A DNA stretch of 63,855 bases, counting the filler, from Olpidium bornovanus S191 (lineage: Eukaryota > Fungi > Olpidiomycota), in NCBI GenBank assembly GCA_017911155.1. It is 26 parts of 26 records of this genome, joined end to end, with 100 filler letters (N's around TTAATTAATTAA, not from the genome) between each part and the next. Parts side by side here need not be neighbours in the genome. Positions count along the whole stretch, not along the records: positions 12,754 to 16,782 come from JAEFCI010009871.1; positions 16,883 to 18,823 come from JAEFCI010007870.1; positions 18,924 to 21,834 come from JAEFCI010012174.1; positions 21,935 to 23,579 come from JAEFCI010004358.1; positions 23,680 to 25,202 come from JAEFCI010010876.1; 21 more parts are not named here. One strand, 5' to 3'. This document shows, piece after piece, positions 15,190-25,302 of the stretch. Numbering within the stretch: position 1 is the stretch's first letter; the number at the start of each line of letters is the position of its first letter. Both the position numbers and the translations under genes were made by a program. Under the pieces are notes generated by a model, which was given only the letters and a program-made list of their open reading frames with translations, was not told the DNA's origin and made no database searches.

Positions 15190-15840
15190 ATGCCGAGGTT
15201 CTACGTCCTGGTCGCGCTCGCCCAGATCTGCCTCTGGGCGGCCGTCGCCCTGAAAGCCGCCCCCGTCCCCGTCGCCGACCCCGAACCGGGCCCCGGCCCC
15301 GGCCCCGAACCGGGCCCCGGCCCCGGCCCCGAGCCCGGTTTCGTCGCGCCCAAGGGGAAGGTCTACGGCGGCGGAGGCGTCGGCCCCGTGAAGGGGGCCG
15401 TCGGCGTGGCGGCGTCGTACGACGTCGGCGGGCGCGTCTACTTCGACCAGACGTTCGGGACCAAGTACCACAGCCCGATCGGGGGGTTCGGCAAGCGCGT
15501 GCGGGTCCGCAAGTTCGTCGAGGCGCGGCGCAGCGGGAGCGTCGCGTACGGCGCCGGGGTGCGCGCGGCGGCGGGCGGCGGCGCGAAGGGCGCGAAGGCG
15601 GTGGCCGCGGCGGCTTACAAGTACGGCGCGCGCCGCGACGAGGGGCAGCTGAGGGTCGGGCAGAAGGTGGACGTCGAGACGTACAGCTACGGCGCGTTCG
15701 GAAACTCGCACCGCGTCAAGCACAGGCAGCGCCTCCAGAACACGGGGTTCGGGATGGCGCGCGCGTACGCGAGGGTGCGCGGGGCGGCGAAGGCGGTGGA
15801 GGCCAAAAACGGCGGCGAGTTCCGCGGGAAGGTTTATTAG
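15190..15840 (+). CDS. Orphan secreted Gly/Ala-rich cationic protein (216 aa) with X-Pro propeptide
   Basis: Single-exon ORF from ATG 15190 to TAG 15840 with strong GC3 codon bias. Hydrophobic leader MPRFYVLVALAQICLWAAVALKA, then APVPVADPEPGPGPGPEPGPGPGPEP, then a basic domain. Confidence 0.88.
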   Translation: MPRFYVLVALAQICLWAAVALKAAPVPVADPEPGPGPGPEPGPGPGPEPGFVAPKGKVYGGGGVGPVKGAVGVAASYDVGGRVYFDQTFGTKYHSPIGGFGKRVRVRKFVEARRSGSVAYGAGVRAAAGGGAKGAKAVAAAAYKYGARRDEGQLRVGQKVDVETYSYGAFGNSHRVKHRQRLQNTGFGMARAYARVRGAAKAVEAKNGGEFRGKVY

Positions 15841-16620
15841 GCGCAGGCGCGCGGGGGTGGGTCTACGTCCGAGTCCGCCATCCCCGCCTTCGGGTCCACC
15901 GTCCCGTCGCCCGCGGTCCGGGGGAAAGGAGGAGGGGGGGAAAGGAGGGGAGTAGGAGGGAACGCGTAACTTTTTTATACGGTTTATATTTCTGTTTTAT
16001 CCTTTCCGGACAAACGGGTTTATTTTTCGACGCTTATTCTTTTTTTTAATCGTTTACCTACGCTAAACCGTATCGAACCAAGCGGCGCCGCCGCGATTTC
16101 CCTTCTTTTTTTTTTTTTTTTTTTGTTTTGTTTTGTTGTCTGTCGTTTGGACTACCTGTGGCCGCGCTTTGCTTTGTTTTTCTCCGGAGTTGCGTGCGGC
16201 GGGCGGGCGGGCGGGCGGGCTGCGGGGGAGGAGAGGAGCGGAGCGAGGAGGAGAGAGAGAGAGAGAGAGCAGAGAAAGAGAGAGAGGAACAAATTGCGGG
16301 AGAAAAGAAAATGAAAAAGTGAATGAAATTCCCGCCGGTGTTTTTGCGGCTTCCTTTTTTTTTTTTGTTTCAAAGAGAAACAAAAACCAATGCCCTCCTC
16401 GTTTATTCCCCCCCCTTCCTCCCCCCTTGTTCCTTCCTCCCCCCGGGTGACGTCGCGGTGACGCAACACCCCGGCCGGCAGACGAGGACGCACACACACG
16501 CACCCCGCTACGCGCACACACCACGGCGCAGACAAAAACGACATAACCGAGAAGAAAGAAGAACAAGAAGAAGAGGAAAAGAAAAAAAAAGAGTGCCGAG
16601 TTCCCACCGCAAACTCCAGG

Positions 16621-16782
16621 ATGCGCCTCGGGCGTCCGGCCCTCGCCGCAGCCCTTGCCGCCATGCCGACCTGCGCGCTCGGCGGCTCGGTCAGGGAGCT
16701 GACGGCCGCCGACTTCGACAAGTTCGTCAACGGTTCTCTGCCGGCCCTCGTCGACTTCTACACCCCGCGCTGCGACCACTGC
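16621..16782 (+). CDS. Protein disulfide isomerase / ER thioredoxin-domain protein, N-terminal fragment
   Basis: Signal peptide followed by VRELTAADFDKFVNGSLPALVDFYTPRCDHC (thioredoxin fold with CxxC), cut by the spacer. Confidence 0.85.
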
Positions 16783-17231
16783 NNNNNNNNNNNNNNNNNN
16801 NNNNNNNNNNNNNNNNNNNNNNNNNNTTAATTAATTAANNNNNNNNNNNNNNNNNNNNNNNNNNNNNNNNNNNNNNNNNNNNAAAAAATGTGAGGAAGAT
16901 CACTTTGAGGTCCCTGACGAGAGAGCGGGCCCGGAACGCGAAAAACGAGAGGGAAAAACAACCGCGAGAGACGCCTCAGGGGCGGGGAGAGGGTGGGGGC
17001 ATGTTTTTTCCTGCACGTCCCCTCCGGCTCAGTCAAAGAACGCGTCGTAAGACAGCGACGGATGATCGGCGGGCCGAATAAACCTGGAACGGGAGAGAGG
17101 GACAGAGGGGCGGGGCGGGCGGTAAGGAGATGCGGGTGGGCGAGAGGGCGCAGAGTCAGATGGCCGATCTGGTTGAAAGACATCCTCACCGGAAGCCGCG
17201 CAAGAAAAAAAAGCCCACCACCGGAAATCGC

Positions 17232-18662
17232 TCACCGGACGTCAATCGCGCGGTCCGGCGACGGCGGAGCTGGAGTAAAGGTCGTGTCCGCGGAGAGAAC
17301 ATCGTTGCACCGCCGTTTGGGCAGCAACAGGAACCGACGGCGCTCCACTCGCGCGCCGCTGTTTGCAGGGGGCGGAGGCCGGTCGTTACGCGGACGCGGC
17401 TTCTCGCTCGCAAATATTTGCGAGAGCGGCACGGCCGGACGACGACCGGGAGCGGCCGGTTGTACGGGCGCAAGCGCTCGCCGTCTCGCCGGGCAGGTGC
17501 CAAGCTTCTGGTCGCACTTTCCGTTGCGATCCGCGGAGCCGGCCGGTTTCACAACCGTGTCCCAACCCGACTTGGACCGGCGTACCAGTTCCGAGAGCTT
17601 GGCCTGCGGTAGGGTAGGGCGCTTTGGGCTGCGCACACACACGGCGTCTTCTGCCGATACATCAGACTCAAGAGTTTTGGCCGGCATCGTCTTCCCCGTA
17701 ACGCGGGCGACATCGTGCTCAACTGGTGTAACAGCACACCCTTCGCACTGCTTAATGATCTCGAGCTGACTCTCGTCGTCGTCGCTGTCGGTAACCACAA
17801 TTCTCCTGGGTCGCTTATGTCGAGTCAAAGGCAACTCCGGCGCGCCGTCGTCATCGCTTAGAACGGTGACGGTCCGGCAGGTCCCGGGAAGATCGGGGGC
17901 AGGCTCGCGCCGTGGCCACTCGTCGTGCGATTTAGGAGGAACGGCGTGCGGCGTAAAAGAGAGTCGCTTGCAGGCGGGGCGCCTCGACCTGTTGTCCCCG
18001 GGTGGCGGCGGAGTGCCGCGCGAACCGAGCGGCGGCGGTCGAGCGTGGCCCGGACGACAGTTTTCGCCGGCGTCGGACGAGCCGCCGCGGTCCGACGACG
18101 CGCGAGCAAAACTCCTGTCCGGAAGCTCCGGCGGCGCAGGCCGCCTGCCGTCTGCCGCCGCGGCCTTCCCCGGGAAACCCTTGGTTTTCGGAGGGCGGGC
18201 GAGGCGCGTCTGGGGCGACATACCCAGCCTCGCGCGCGAAAGATACGAGCTGATGGGCATGACGGGCTTCTTTACCCGGTAGCGCCTCGTGACGAGCGGC
18301 GACGCCGGGCTCGCTTCCCGCCGGGCGCGCCCGGTCGGCGCGGCGGCGGCCGCCGCCGCGGCGATGTGCTGCGAGGCTTCGCGGTCTCTGGCGTCGTCCC
18401 CGTCTCGGGGGTCCTCTTCCTCCTCCCGGAAGTCCTCGTCGCGGGAACACAGCGACGTCAGGGACGAGCACGGCGACGCTGACACGCAGGTTCGGAAACG
18501 CGGCGGCGACCGCAACCTGTTCATCTTCCGCGGTGGCAGGCGGTCGTCGCCGCCCTCTGACGAGTCGGCGTCCGGCAAAGCGGCCGCGAGGCCCGCGTTC
18601 GGCCGCTGGCGTCGCGGCCGCTGGGAGCCGCGCAGCGAAGGCTCGGCGCGGCAGGTCGCCAT
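17232..18662 (-). CDS. Hypothetical low-complexity, probably disordered protein
   Basis: 476-codon ORF rich in S/P/R/D with acidic patches (DEDFREEEED, VVTDSDDDES). No domain recognised. Confidence 0.4.
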   Translation of the reverse strand: MATCRAEPSLRGSQRPRRQRPNAGLAAALPDADSSEGGDDRLPPRKMNRLRSPPRFRTCVSASPCSSLTSLCSRDEDFREEEEDPRDGDDARDREASQHIAAAAAAAAPTGRARREASPASPLVTRRYRVKKPVMPISSYLSRARLGMSPQTRLARPPKTKGFPGKAAAADGRRPAPPELPDRSFARASSDRGGSSDAGENCRPGHARPPPLGSRGTPPPPGDNRSRRPACKRLSFTPHAVPPKSHDEWPRREPAPDLPGTCRTVTVLSDDDGAPELPLTRHKRPRRIVVTDSDDDESQLEIIKQCEGCAVTPVEHDVARVTGKTMPAKTLESDVSAEDAVCVRSPKRPTLPQAKLSELVRRSKSGWDTVVKPAGSADRNGKCDQKLGTCPARRRALAPVQPAAPGRRPAVPLSQIFASEKPRPRNDRPPPPANSGARVERRRFLLLPKRRCNDVLSADTTFTPAPPSPDRAIDVR

Positions 18663-18696
18663 GGGCGCGCGCCGTGCGGTCTCGCGTCTCTCTCTG

Positions 18697-18727
<31 letters not shown>

Positions 18728-19569
18728 GGTGCCCCCGCCTCTCTCTTCCTGTTAAGTGAGCGCGCGTTTTGTTTTAGTTTATTTTATTTTTTTTTTTTTG
18801 CGCATGAATGAGAGATGAGAGAGNNNNNNNNNNNNNNNNNNNNNNNNNNNNNNNNNNNNNNNNNNNNTTAATTAATTAANNNNNNNNNNNNNNNNNNNNN
18901 NNNNNNNNNNNNNNNNNNNNNNNAAAACACTGCAACCTACACTTGAACGTTACAGGAAATTGATCTTTCTTCCGTCTACTATTCTGTTTTCTCTGCGTTG
19001 CTTTGCTACGCGTAGATTGATTTTATGCGCTTCGGATTCATGCGTTCGGGATTTAACCCTAACAGCGCGGCGGCACCGCTGCCGGGACACGCTCTGGCAT
19101 CTGCTGCCGGCCGCGCCGCCGAAAACATGTCTTGAACACGGGTGGAGGATTGCGCGTCGGGACACCAGCACAGCACGCGGCCGACGGCGGAACCTTTGCC
19201 GCGTAACGAAAAGGGGGGGAAGGGGGGGGGGGGGAAGAAAATGAAAACTTTGGAAGGGAAAGCCGAAAACGCGTCTGACAGGGTTCGTCCACGGAGGCGG
19301 AGTCACACCTGAAAAAAAAATGAAGGAAGCACGCACAAATAGCCAGCACGCATTATTGAGTATTTTTTATCAGAGAAACAAAAGTTGCCGGTGTCTCGCA
19401 AAAGTGCCGCCCACTTTCCCCCCGCCCCACCTCGCCCCACGGCGCCTCGCAGCAACACACCCCCTCTGCGTCTTGCTCCTCCCCCTGGCTCCCCCCCCCC
19501 TCCCCCTCCTCCTCCCACCCACCGCCCGCCGGCGCCTCCCATCTCCCCATCTCCCCATCTCCCGCCCAC

Positions 19570-19777
19570 CAGCAGCCCTCTGCCGGCTCACGACACCGAT
19601 GACGCCTAGTTCCAGCTCGCGCTGGAGCTCTCGTGCATCGAGGCCCGCGCCGATGACGAGCGGTCCCGGATGCCCGCTTCGCTGGACCCTGAGCGGAGCG
19701 CCCTCCTGGAGGACCTCCCCCTCAAGGAAATCTACCCGAACCTCTTCGGCTAAGAGCCGGGAGGTGTCTGGTTTAAG
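19570..19777 (+). pseudogene. Exon-like segment with UIM-like motif and two in-frame stops
   Basis: Reads AHDTDDA*FQLALELSCIEARADDERSRMPASLDPERSALLEDLPLKEIYPNLFG*EPGGVWFK and ends at a GTAAGT donor. Confidence 0.35.
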
Positions 19778-20559
19778 GTAAGTGGCGGTGGGGGGGGGAT
19801 ATGCGCCTCGTGCAGAATTATACTAACGGTTTGTTTTGACGCGGGTTCAAGGTTAATGAACCCGCGACTCATTTGGATAAAGGTGAGTGCGGGAGGGGAG
19901 GGGAGGGGGAGGGTGAGGGAAGGGGAAGGGTGAGGGAAGGGGGATGGATGAGGGAGGGAGGGGCGGGGAGCAAATTAAATGTGTGCAGAATAAATTTACT
20001 GACACTCAAATCTGAACTGTGTGTCGTGGGCTCCCGGCCGGCCATCCGTCTGAGGGGTCCTGCAGATGCGGTCTTGCGATCGCCGGGCGGCAGTGGCCCG
20101 GAGTCCGTTCGGCCAAACCCGAAGAAGACGGCATTTTGCACAGATCGCTTTCCTGGGTTGCCGTTCTGGACCTTCTCGTAAGGCCGCGAGACCCGTTCTC
20201 GCCGGTCGCGTTTGGTCTGCAAAATGTTTGGTGGGTTGTCTTCTGCCTTTTGCCCCGAGTGCCGCGGGGGAGTAACGGGGAGGGCTGGCCACCCGATCCG
20301 CCCTCCGGTGCAGTAATGAAGCGCGCAACCCAGGGAGCCTTGCGTAAAGGACCAGTAATGTAAAACGCACAGCGCTCGGTGGCAACAATTCCCGATAGCC
20401 CCACTTTTTTTTGGCAAAAGACAGTGGGGCTACGGTAAAACGGCAACGATTCTCAGACGGCCTTTTCCGTTTCTCCGGTCGACGGTCACGACTTCTCGGC
20501 TTCCTTCGCTGCGGTGCTCCGCGCGCTTTCTCAGCGGTTGCGGTGCTCCTTGCGCTCTT

Positions 20560-21100
20560 CCTTGCCCGCTGCGTCGCTTCGCGCGCTCTTCCTCGCCCGC
20601 TGCGGTCGCTCCGCGCGCTCTCCGGCTGCTGCTGTCGCTCCGCGCGTGTTGACATAGCCCGATACTTCCCCCCTTATGTTGGCAGAACCTATCCACAAAA
20701 TACACATCAGGTGTGAAAGGGCTCGACGGTTATCAGCGCGCTCTCCGGCTGCTGCGGTCGCTCCGCGCGCTCTCCGGCTGCTGCGGAGCGCCGCGCGCTT
20801 TCCGGCTGCTGCGGAGCGCCGCGCGCTCTCTGATAACCACGATGAGCCCTTTGGCGTCTGGAGTGTATTTAGTAAATAGATTTGACTAACACAAGGGGGA
20901 AGGGGGGATACGGGATACGGGACTATATCAACACTCCGACTGCTACGGGTTTCCGCGCGATTTCCGGCTGCTGCGGGGCTCCGCGCGATCTCCGGCTGCT
21001 GCGGTCGCTCCGCGCTTTACGACTGCTGCGGAACTCCGCGCGATCTCCAGCTTCTGCGGGACTCCGCGCGCTCCTTCGGCTCCTGCGTCGCTCCGCGCAC
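20560..21100 (-). repeat. GC-rich degenerate tandem repeats (CTCCGCGCGCTCTCCGGCTGCTGCGG-like) in a copia 5' leader
   Basis: Two clusters (about 20560-20830 and 20950-21100) lie downstream of the PBS at 21150-21161 on the minus strand. Confidence 0.75.
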
Positions 21101-21149
21101 ACACCCTCAGGGCCGGGCGCTCTCGATGGTTCACGGGCAGAGTCCGGTT

Positions 21150-21294
21150 GGGCTCATAACCTGTCGTAAGGTTTCGCGGGGCTGCGTTGTTTACAGGAAA
21201 GGCCGGGAGACGGGGGAGAATACTCCGGGGGGTGGGGGAGGGGGAGCGGGGAGGGGAAACTAGCAAACATAACCGTAACTGCCATATCTCAACA
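21150..21294 (-). mobile_element. Ty1/copia 5' LTR (21294-21162, 133 bp) plus half-tRNA-iMet PBS (21161-21150)
   Basis: The minus strand reads TGTTGAGATA...CTTACGACA immediately followed by GGTTATGAGCCC. Same PBS as 31541-31552. Confidence 0.75.
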
Positions 21295-22065
21295 CCATTG
21301 CGGAATGGAAGGACACCTCGCCCGCTCCTGCAAAGTTCTTGCCGCACACAAAAATGCGGTGGGAAAAGGTGCAGGAATTTGAAGGCAGGTTAGCCGGAGA
21401 ATTCGATATTGGCGCGCCGACCACGCCGGGGACGGCTGATAACGATATAGCCTTGTTTGACATTGAGTCATACATGGCCGGTCTTCCTGGCGAAGACCAG
21501 GAACCCGGGCAGTGAGTTCTCCATTCTCCTAGATTTAGTGCGCAACGTGCTCGATCTCGAGACACGTTGAATTCTTTAAGACGTTTCATTATCGGGTACA
21601 CGTCGGGTACACGTCGGGGTTTCATTGTCGGCAAAGCGTACAGCCGCGTACGGCTGTTGTCCAAAACTTCCCCGAGTCGCGATGTTTTTTATTTTTGTTT
21701 TGGAGACACCGACGTCGAAACACCCTCACCGACGACGGCGTCGACTCCGCGGCGGACCGGGACGACGGCGGAGTTGTGACGGTTGCCCGCAACGGTCGAA
21801 CTTCAAACAGGGGCTAACGTTATTGACGGCCATGNNNNNNNNNNNNNNNNNNNNNNNNNNNNNNNNNNNNNNNNNNNNTTAATTAATTAANNNNNNNNNN
21901 NNNNNNNNNNNNNNNNNNNNNNNNNNNNNNNNNNGGTTGACGGGGGTTGACGTTTAGCTGCCCCACCTCCACGTTGTAGCCCCCCTTTTCTCTCTGTGCA
22001 AAAACGTTGTTAAGGAACAAACTCGGAAACCCGCAACTCGGCCGACGTCTCCGTGGACGCGTGTG

Positions 22066-22860
22066 TCACACCGCCGCAGTGCGAGAGCGGGTCATGCGTC
22101 CAGCTGGGGACGAATTATCGGGGGTAGCAACCGAGGAACCAGATGGCGGCGCAAGGACAGAAACTGACACGGAAGGAGCAGCCGACGCGGCAGAAGACCG
22201 GGTAAGACGGCGGCGACGAGCCGGAGGAGCTTGATCGTTGTCATCACCTTCTCTGGGATTGGCCGAGTTGCAACCTCCACCTTCGCCGCTGTCACTTTCG
22301 TTTCCTGTATCGTTTCGCCAAAGGTCAATGAAGAGGAAGCTCTGCGTACGCACTTGGCCGTCGGCGATCCGTGATGTTAGTGCTGGGAAGGATTCTCGAC
22401 GGCGCGCCCACTCGAGTATGACGTTATAGAAGGAGGCGGTCAAGCGGGATGAGGGAAACCAACAGGAACGGGCGCGCCCAAGGACCGGAGGGACGAAGTC
22501 GTCTGGGGGTTCGGCGTCGGGGAAGGTGGCCGAGATCTCGTCCACCAAAAAGCGACACTGGATATAAGAATCATCGACGACGGGGTCGGGTCGCGGGTCG
22601 TAATCGCGGTAAAACGGGCCGTCAGGACCGCAGTATTGGAGATTGGACGGAAGGAAGAGGAACTCGAGCTCGCGAGGGTTTGCAGGGAGAAAGACTGACG
22701 GAGGCCACTGCATCACTTGGCAGAACGACACGATCATAGACCGAAGCAGTCTGCAGAGAAGAGAAGCAGTCAGAACTAGAGAGAAATGCAGTGTGAACTT
22801 GTCGTCGTGCTTAACAGGCATACTGCAGTAGGGCGACGCAAACTTCGATGTCGCCGCCAT
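22066..22860 (-). CDS. Intronless hypothetical ORF (possibly mobile-element derived)
   Basis: 264-codon ORF with a complex, aromatic-rich core (LQYCGPDGPFYRDYDPRPDPVVDDSYIQCRFLVDEI). No family recognised. Confidence 0.3.
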   Translation of the reverse strand: MAATSKFASPYCSMPVKHDDKFTLHFSLVLTASLLCRLLRSMIVSFCQVMQWPPSVFLPANPRELEFLFLPSNLQYCGPDGPFYRDYDPRPDPVVDDSYIQCRFLVDEISATFPDAEPPDDFVPPVLGRARSCWFPSSRLTASFYNVILEWARRRESFPALTSRIADGQVRTQSFLFIDLWRNDTGNESDSGEGGGCNSANPREGDDNDQAPPARRRRLTRSSAASAAPSVSVSVLAPPSGSSVATPDNSSPAGRMTRSRTAAV

Positions 22861-23729
22861 CTCCCATGGCCCGAAAACGCCAACAGAAGTGCACGAAGCG
22901 GATCATTCGGCCGCGAAGAGTCGCTTCGCGTTTGGGAGAAGGTCGTTGCGCGACGCAGGCAGCGGCCGTCGCGGAAAGACTGCGAAAGTCTTGGAGACGA
23001 TGGTTCCAGAAGGCGGTGAAGACCTGTCGGGTTGCTTCGTTATGACGACGGTTGCGATAAGGCATTGTGCACACAGGTGTTGTTGCGCGTGGAAGCAGAG
23101 GACTTCGCGAACGAAAGGAGGGTTGAGAAGGATGGCGTCACGGGTGACGTTCGGCGAGTTTAAGAAAGAACAGAGGAGCAAAAATCAAAAAGGTACCGCG
23201 AGAAACCACCACAAGCTTCGTCACGTGGCGGACCGTGACTTTCGAGACAAACTCATCAGTCACAGGGGAGCGGCTGTAGTGAAGGGGAACGAAGGGTGCG
23301 AGGGGAAAACGGGAGAAACTGTGAGGAAACCAAAAACCGCCCATTAATTTCCAGGAAACGAGCATAGAATTCCAACTATTGCGGAAAAGTAAGAGGCTGG
23401 TTGCCACGGAGCAATTTTGTACTACGCGTAGGCCTCTTCTTCCCCCCCCCCCCCCAAAAAAAAACGCGTGCGAACCCACACGAAAGGCAGTCGACTCTCC
23501 TCCCTTTTTCTCTTAACGCGCACTCCCGCACTCTCGGCAATTACCGTCCCACGAATAAGAGGCCCTTCGCCGCCTTGAANNNNNNNNNNNNNNNNNNNNN
23601 NNNNNNNNNNNNNNNNNNNNNNNTTAATTAATTAANNNNNNNNNNNNNNNNNNNNNNNNNNNNNNNNNNNNNNNNNNNNCCCCCCCCCCCCCCCCCCCCC
23701 CCCCCCCGTCCCCCCCCCCATCGCCCGAC

Positions 23730-25202
23730 GTACCACCTGCGCTTGAACGACGTCGGGCTGCGCTGCTTTCGATTCACGATCGCTCTCCGCCGCTTGACGG
23801 GGGCCTCCCGGCGGCGGCGGACACGCGACGGACGCGGGGAAGTCCCGAACTGCCTCTCCACTGAAAACGGATCCCGCGTCAAAAAAAAAAAAAGGCCGCG
23901 ATAGGGAGCGAACGAAAAACGAACAAAAAAAAAAGGGCCGGGAAGCAGAGGATACTCCTACGCCACCCACTTTCCCCTCCCTCCCACACCCCCCCCCCCC
24001 TAGTTTCAAGTGTGCGCGCACCGTTCAGGCCTTTCGAGCCTTTCGCTGAGGACGCGCTGCCATCAGGGGAGAAGCCCGCGCGCGAGGGGCGCGGGACCGG
24101 GACAGAACTAAGATTATATCACGAATTGCCGGTTCTTGCGAAGCAAAAAAAAAAAAAAAAAAATTCTCACTTTCGCATTCCCCAAGCCTATTAGCTCAAG
24201 CCCCAACTCGTTTCCCTTGGCCACCTCGGCTTCGTGGTCGACGCGGAGGTCGTCGTAGTTTCGGCGGACGACCTCGAGCTCGCCTTGCAGCTGACGCCAG
24301 ACACAATGTGTGCGCGGCGTTCGTTTGTGAGGCGCGTAAGCTTCTTTTTGTCATTCTGTGTGTGTGTGTGTGTTTGTGCGTGTGCGCGCGCGCGAGCGAG
24401 CGTGCGACGCAATTACCTCGGCAAGATCAGCTTTTACCGTTTCCGATTCCGCCTTCAAGGCAGCGTTCTCCTTCCTGAACGTTTCGCACGTCATCTGCGC
24501 CTCCAGCACGTCGTTCTCAAGAATGACGACGCGAGTGGCCAGCTGCTCGGGAATGGGAAAGTTCACCAACAGCAAAATTTCGTATCTGTATCAACATTCG
24601 CAGCGCAAAATGTGTGTGCATCGAAAAACGGCGTGGTTGTGGTGGTGGCGGGGGCGGGGGTTATGGGGTGAGGAGCACGGCAAAAGCGCAAATGCGCGGC
24701 GCAGAGCGAACCTCGTTGATATTGTTCTCCGACGTCTCAATGATTTTGTTGCACTCTATCTGCACGTCAAACAGCGACTTTCTGAACTCCAGGTTCGCCG
24801 CTTGCTGTTCCCGAAGCGTTGTGGTCAGGTCTTCGATCCGCTTGAGCAAACCGGCCACTCTGAGTTACGGAAAGTCGAGCGTCGTTTGCAGGGTTACGCT
24901 CGCCTGGTGCGAAGCTCGAACGTCCGCGTCCCAAGACGAATCCAATCCCTTCCCGCCGGGGAATTGCCGGACCGCAGAAAGAAGCACCGCCGGGAAACTC
25001 ACTTGTCCCTCGCCTCGTTCGCCTCGTTTTGGGCATTATTCCGATCCTTCGCGGCCTCTTCCAGACTGTTTTTAAAAACGTCCAGGTCTTCAAGCAGCTT
25101 TTCCTTTTCGACGATCTGCGCTTTCAGGTTTTCGTTTTCAGCCCCCAGCTGCTTGATTTGGAGGTGGTCAGATTGGTGGAGGATCTGTCGTGCGCAGCAT
25201 GA
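23730..25202 (-). CDS. Coiled-coil protein, CCDC78/DUF4472-like (centriole-associated), partial, multi-exon
   Basis: Spliced exons give LEFRKSLFDVQIECNKIIETSENNINE|LATRVVILENDVLEAQ and HEAEVAKGNELGLELIGLGNAK. These resemble recalled CCDC78 motifs (SKELVDLQIETNK...ELKNKILELENRVLE; ELGLELxxLVN). Confidence 0.5.
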
Positions 25203-25302
25203 NNNNNNNNNNNNNNNNNNNNNNNNNNNNNNNNNNNNNNNNNNNNTTAATTAATTAANNNNNNNNNNNNNNNNNNNNNNNNNNNNNNNNNNNNNNNNNN
25301 NN

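Noticed and set aside
19570-19777. TAA/TAG-to-Gln alternative genetic code
   Set aside because: Clear genes end in TAG (15840), TAA (61722) and TGA (2923), and long exons contain no in-frame TAR.
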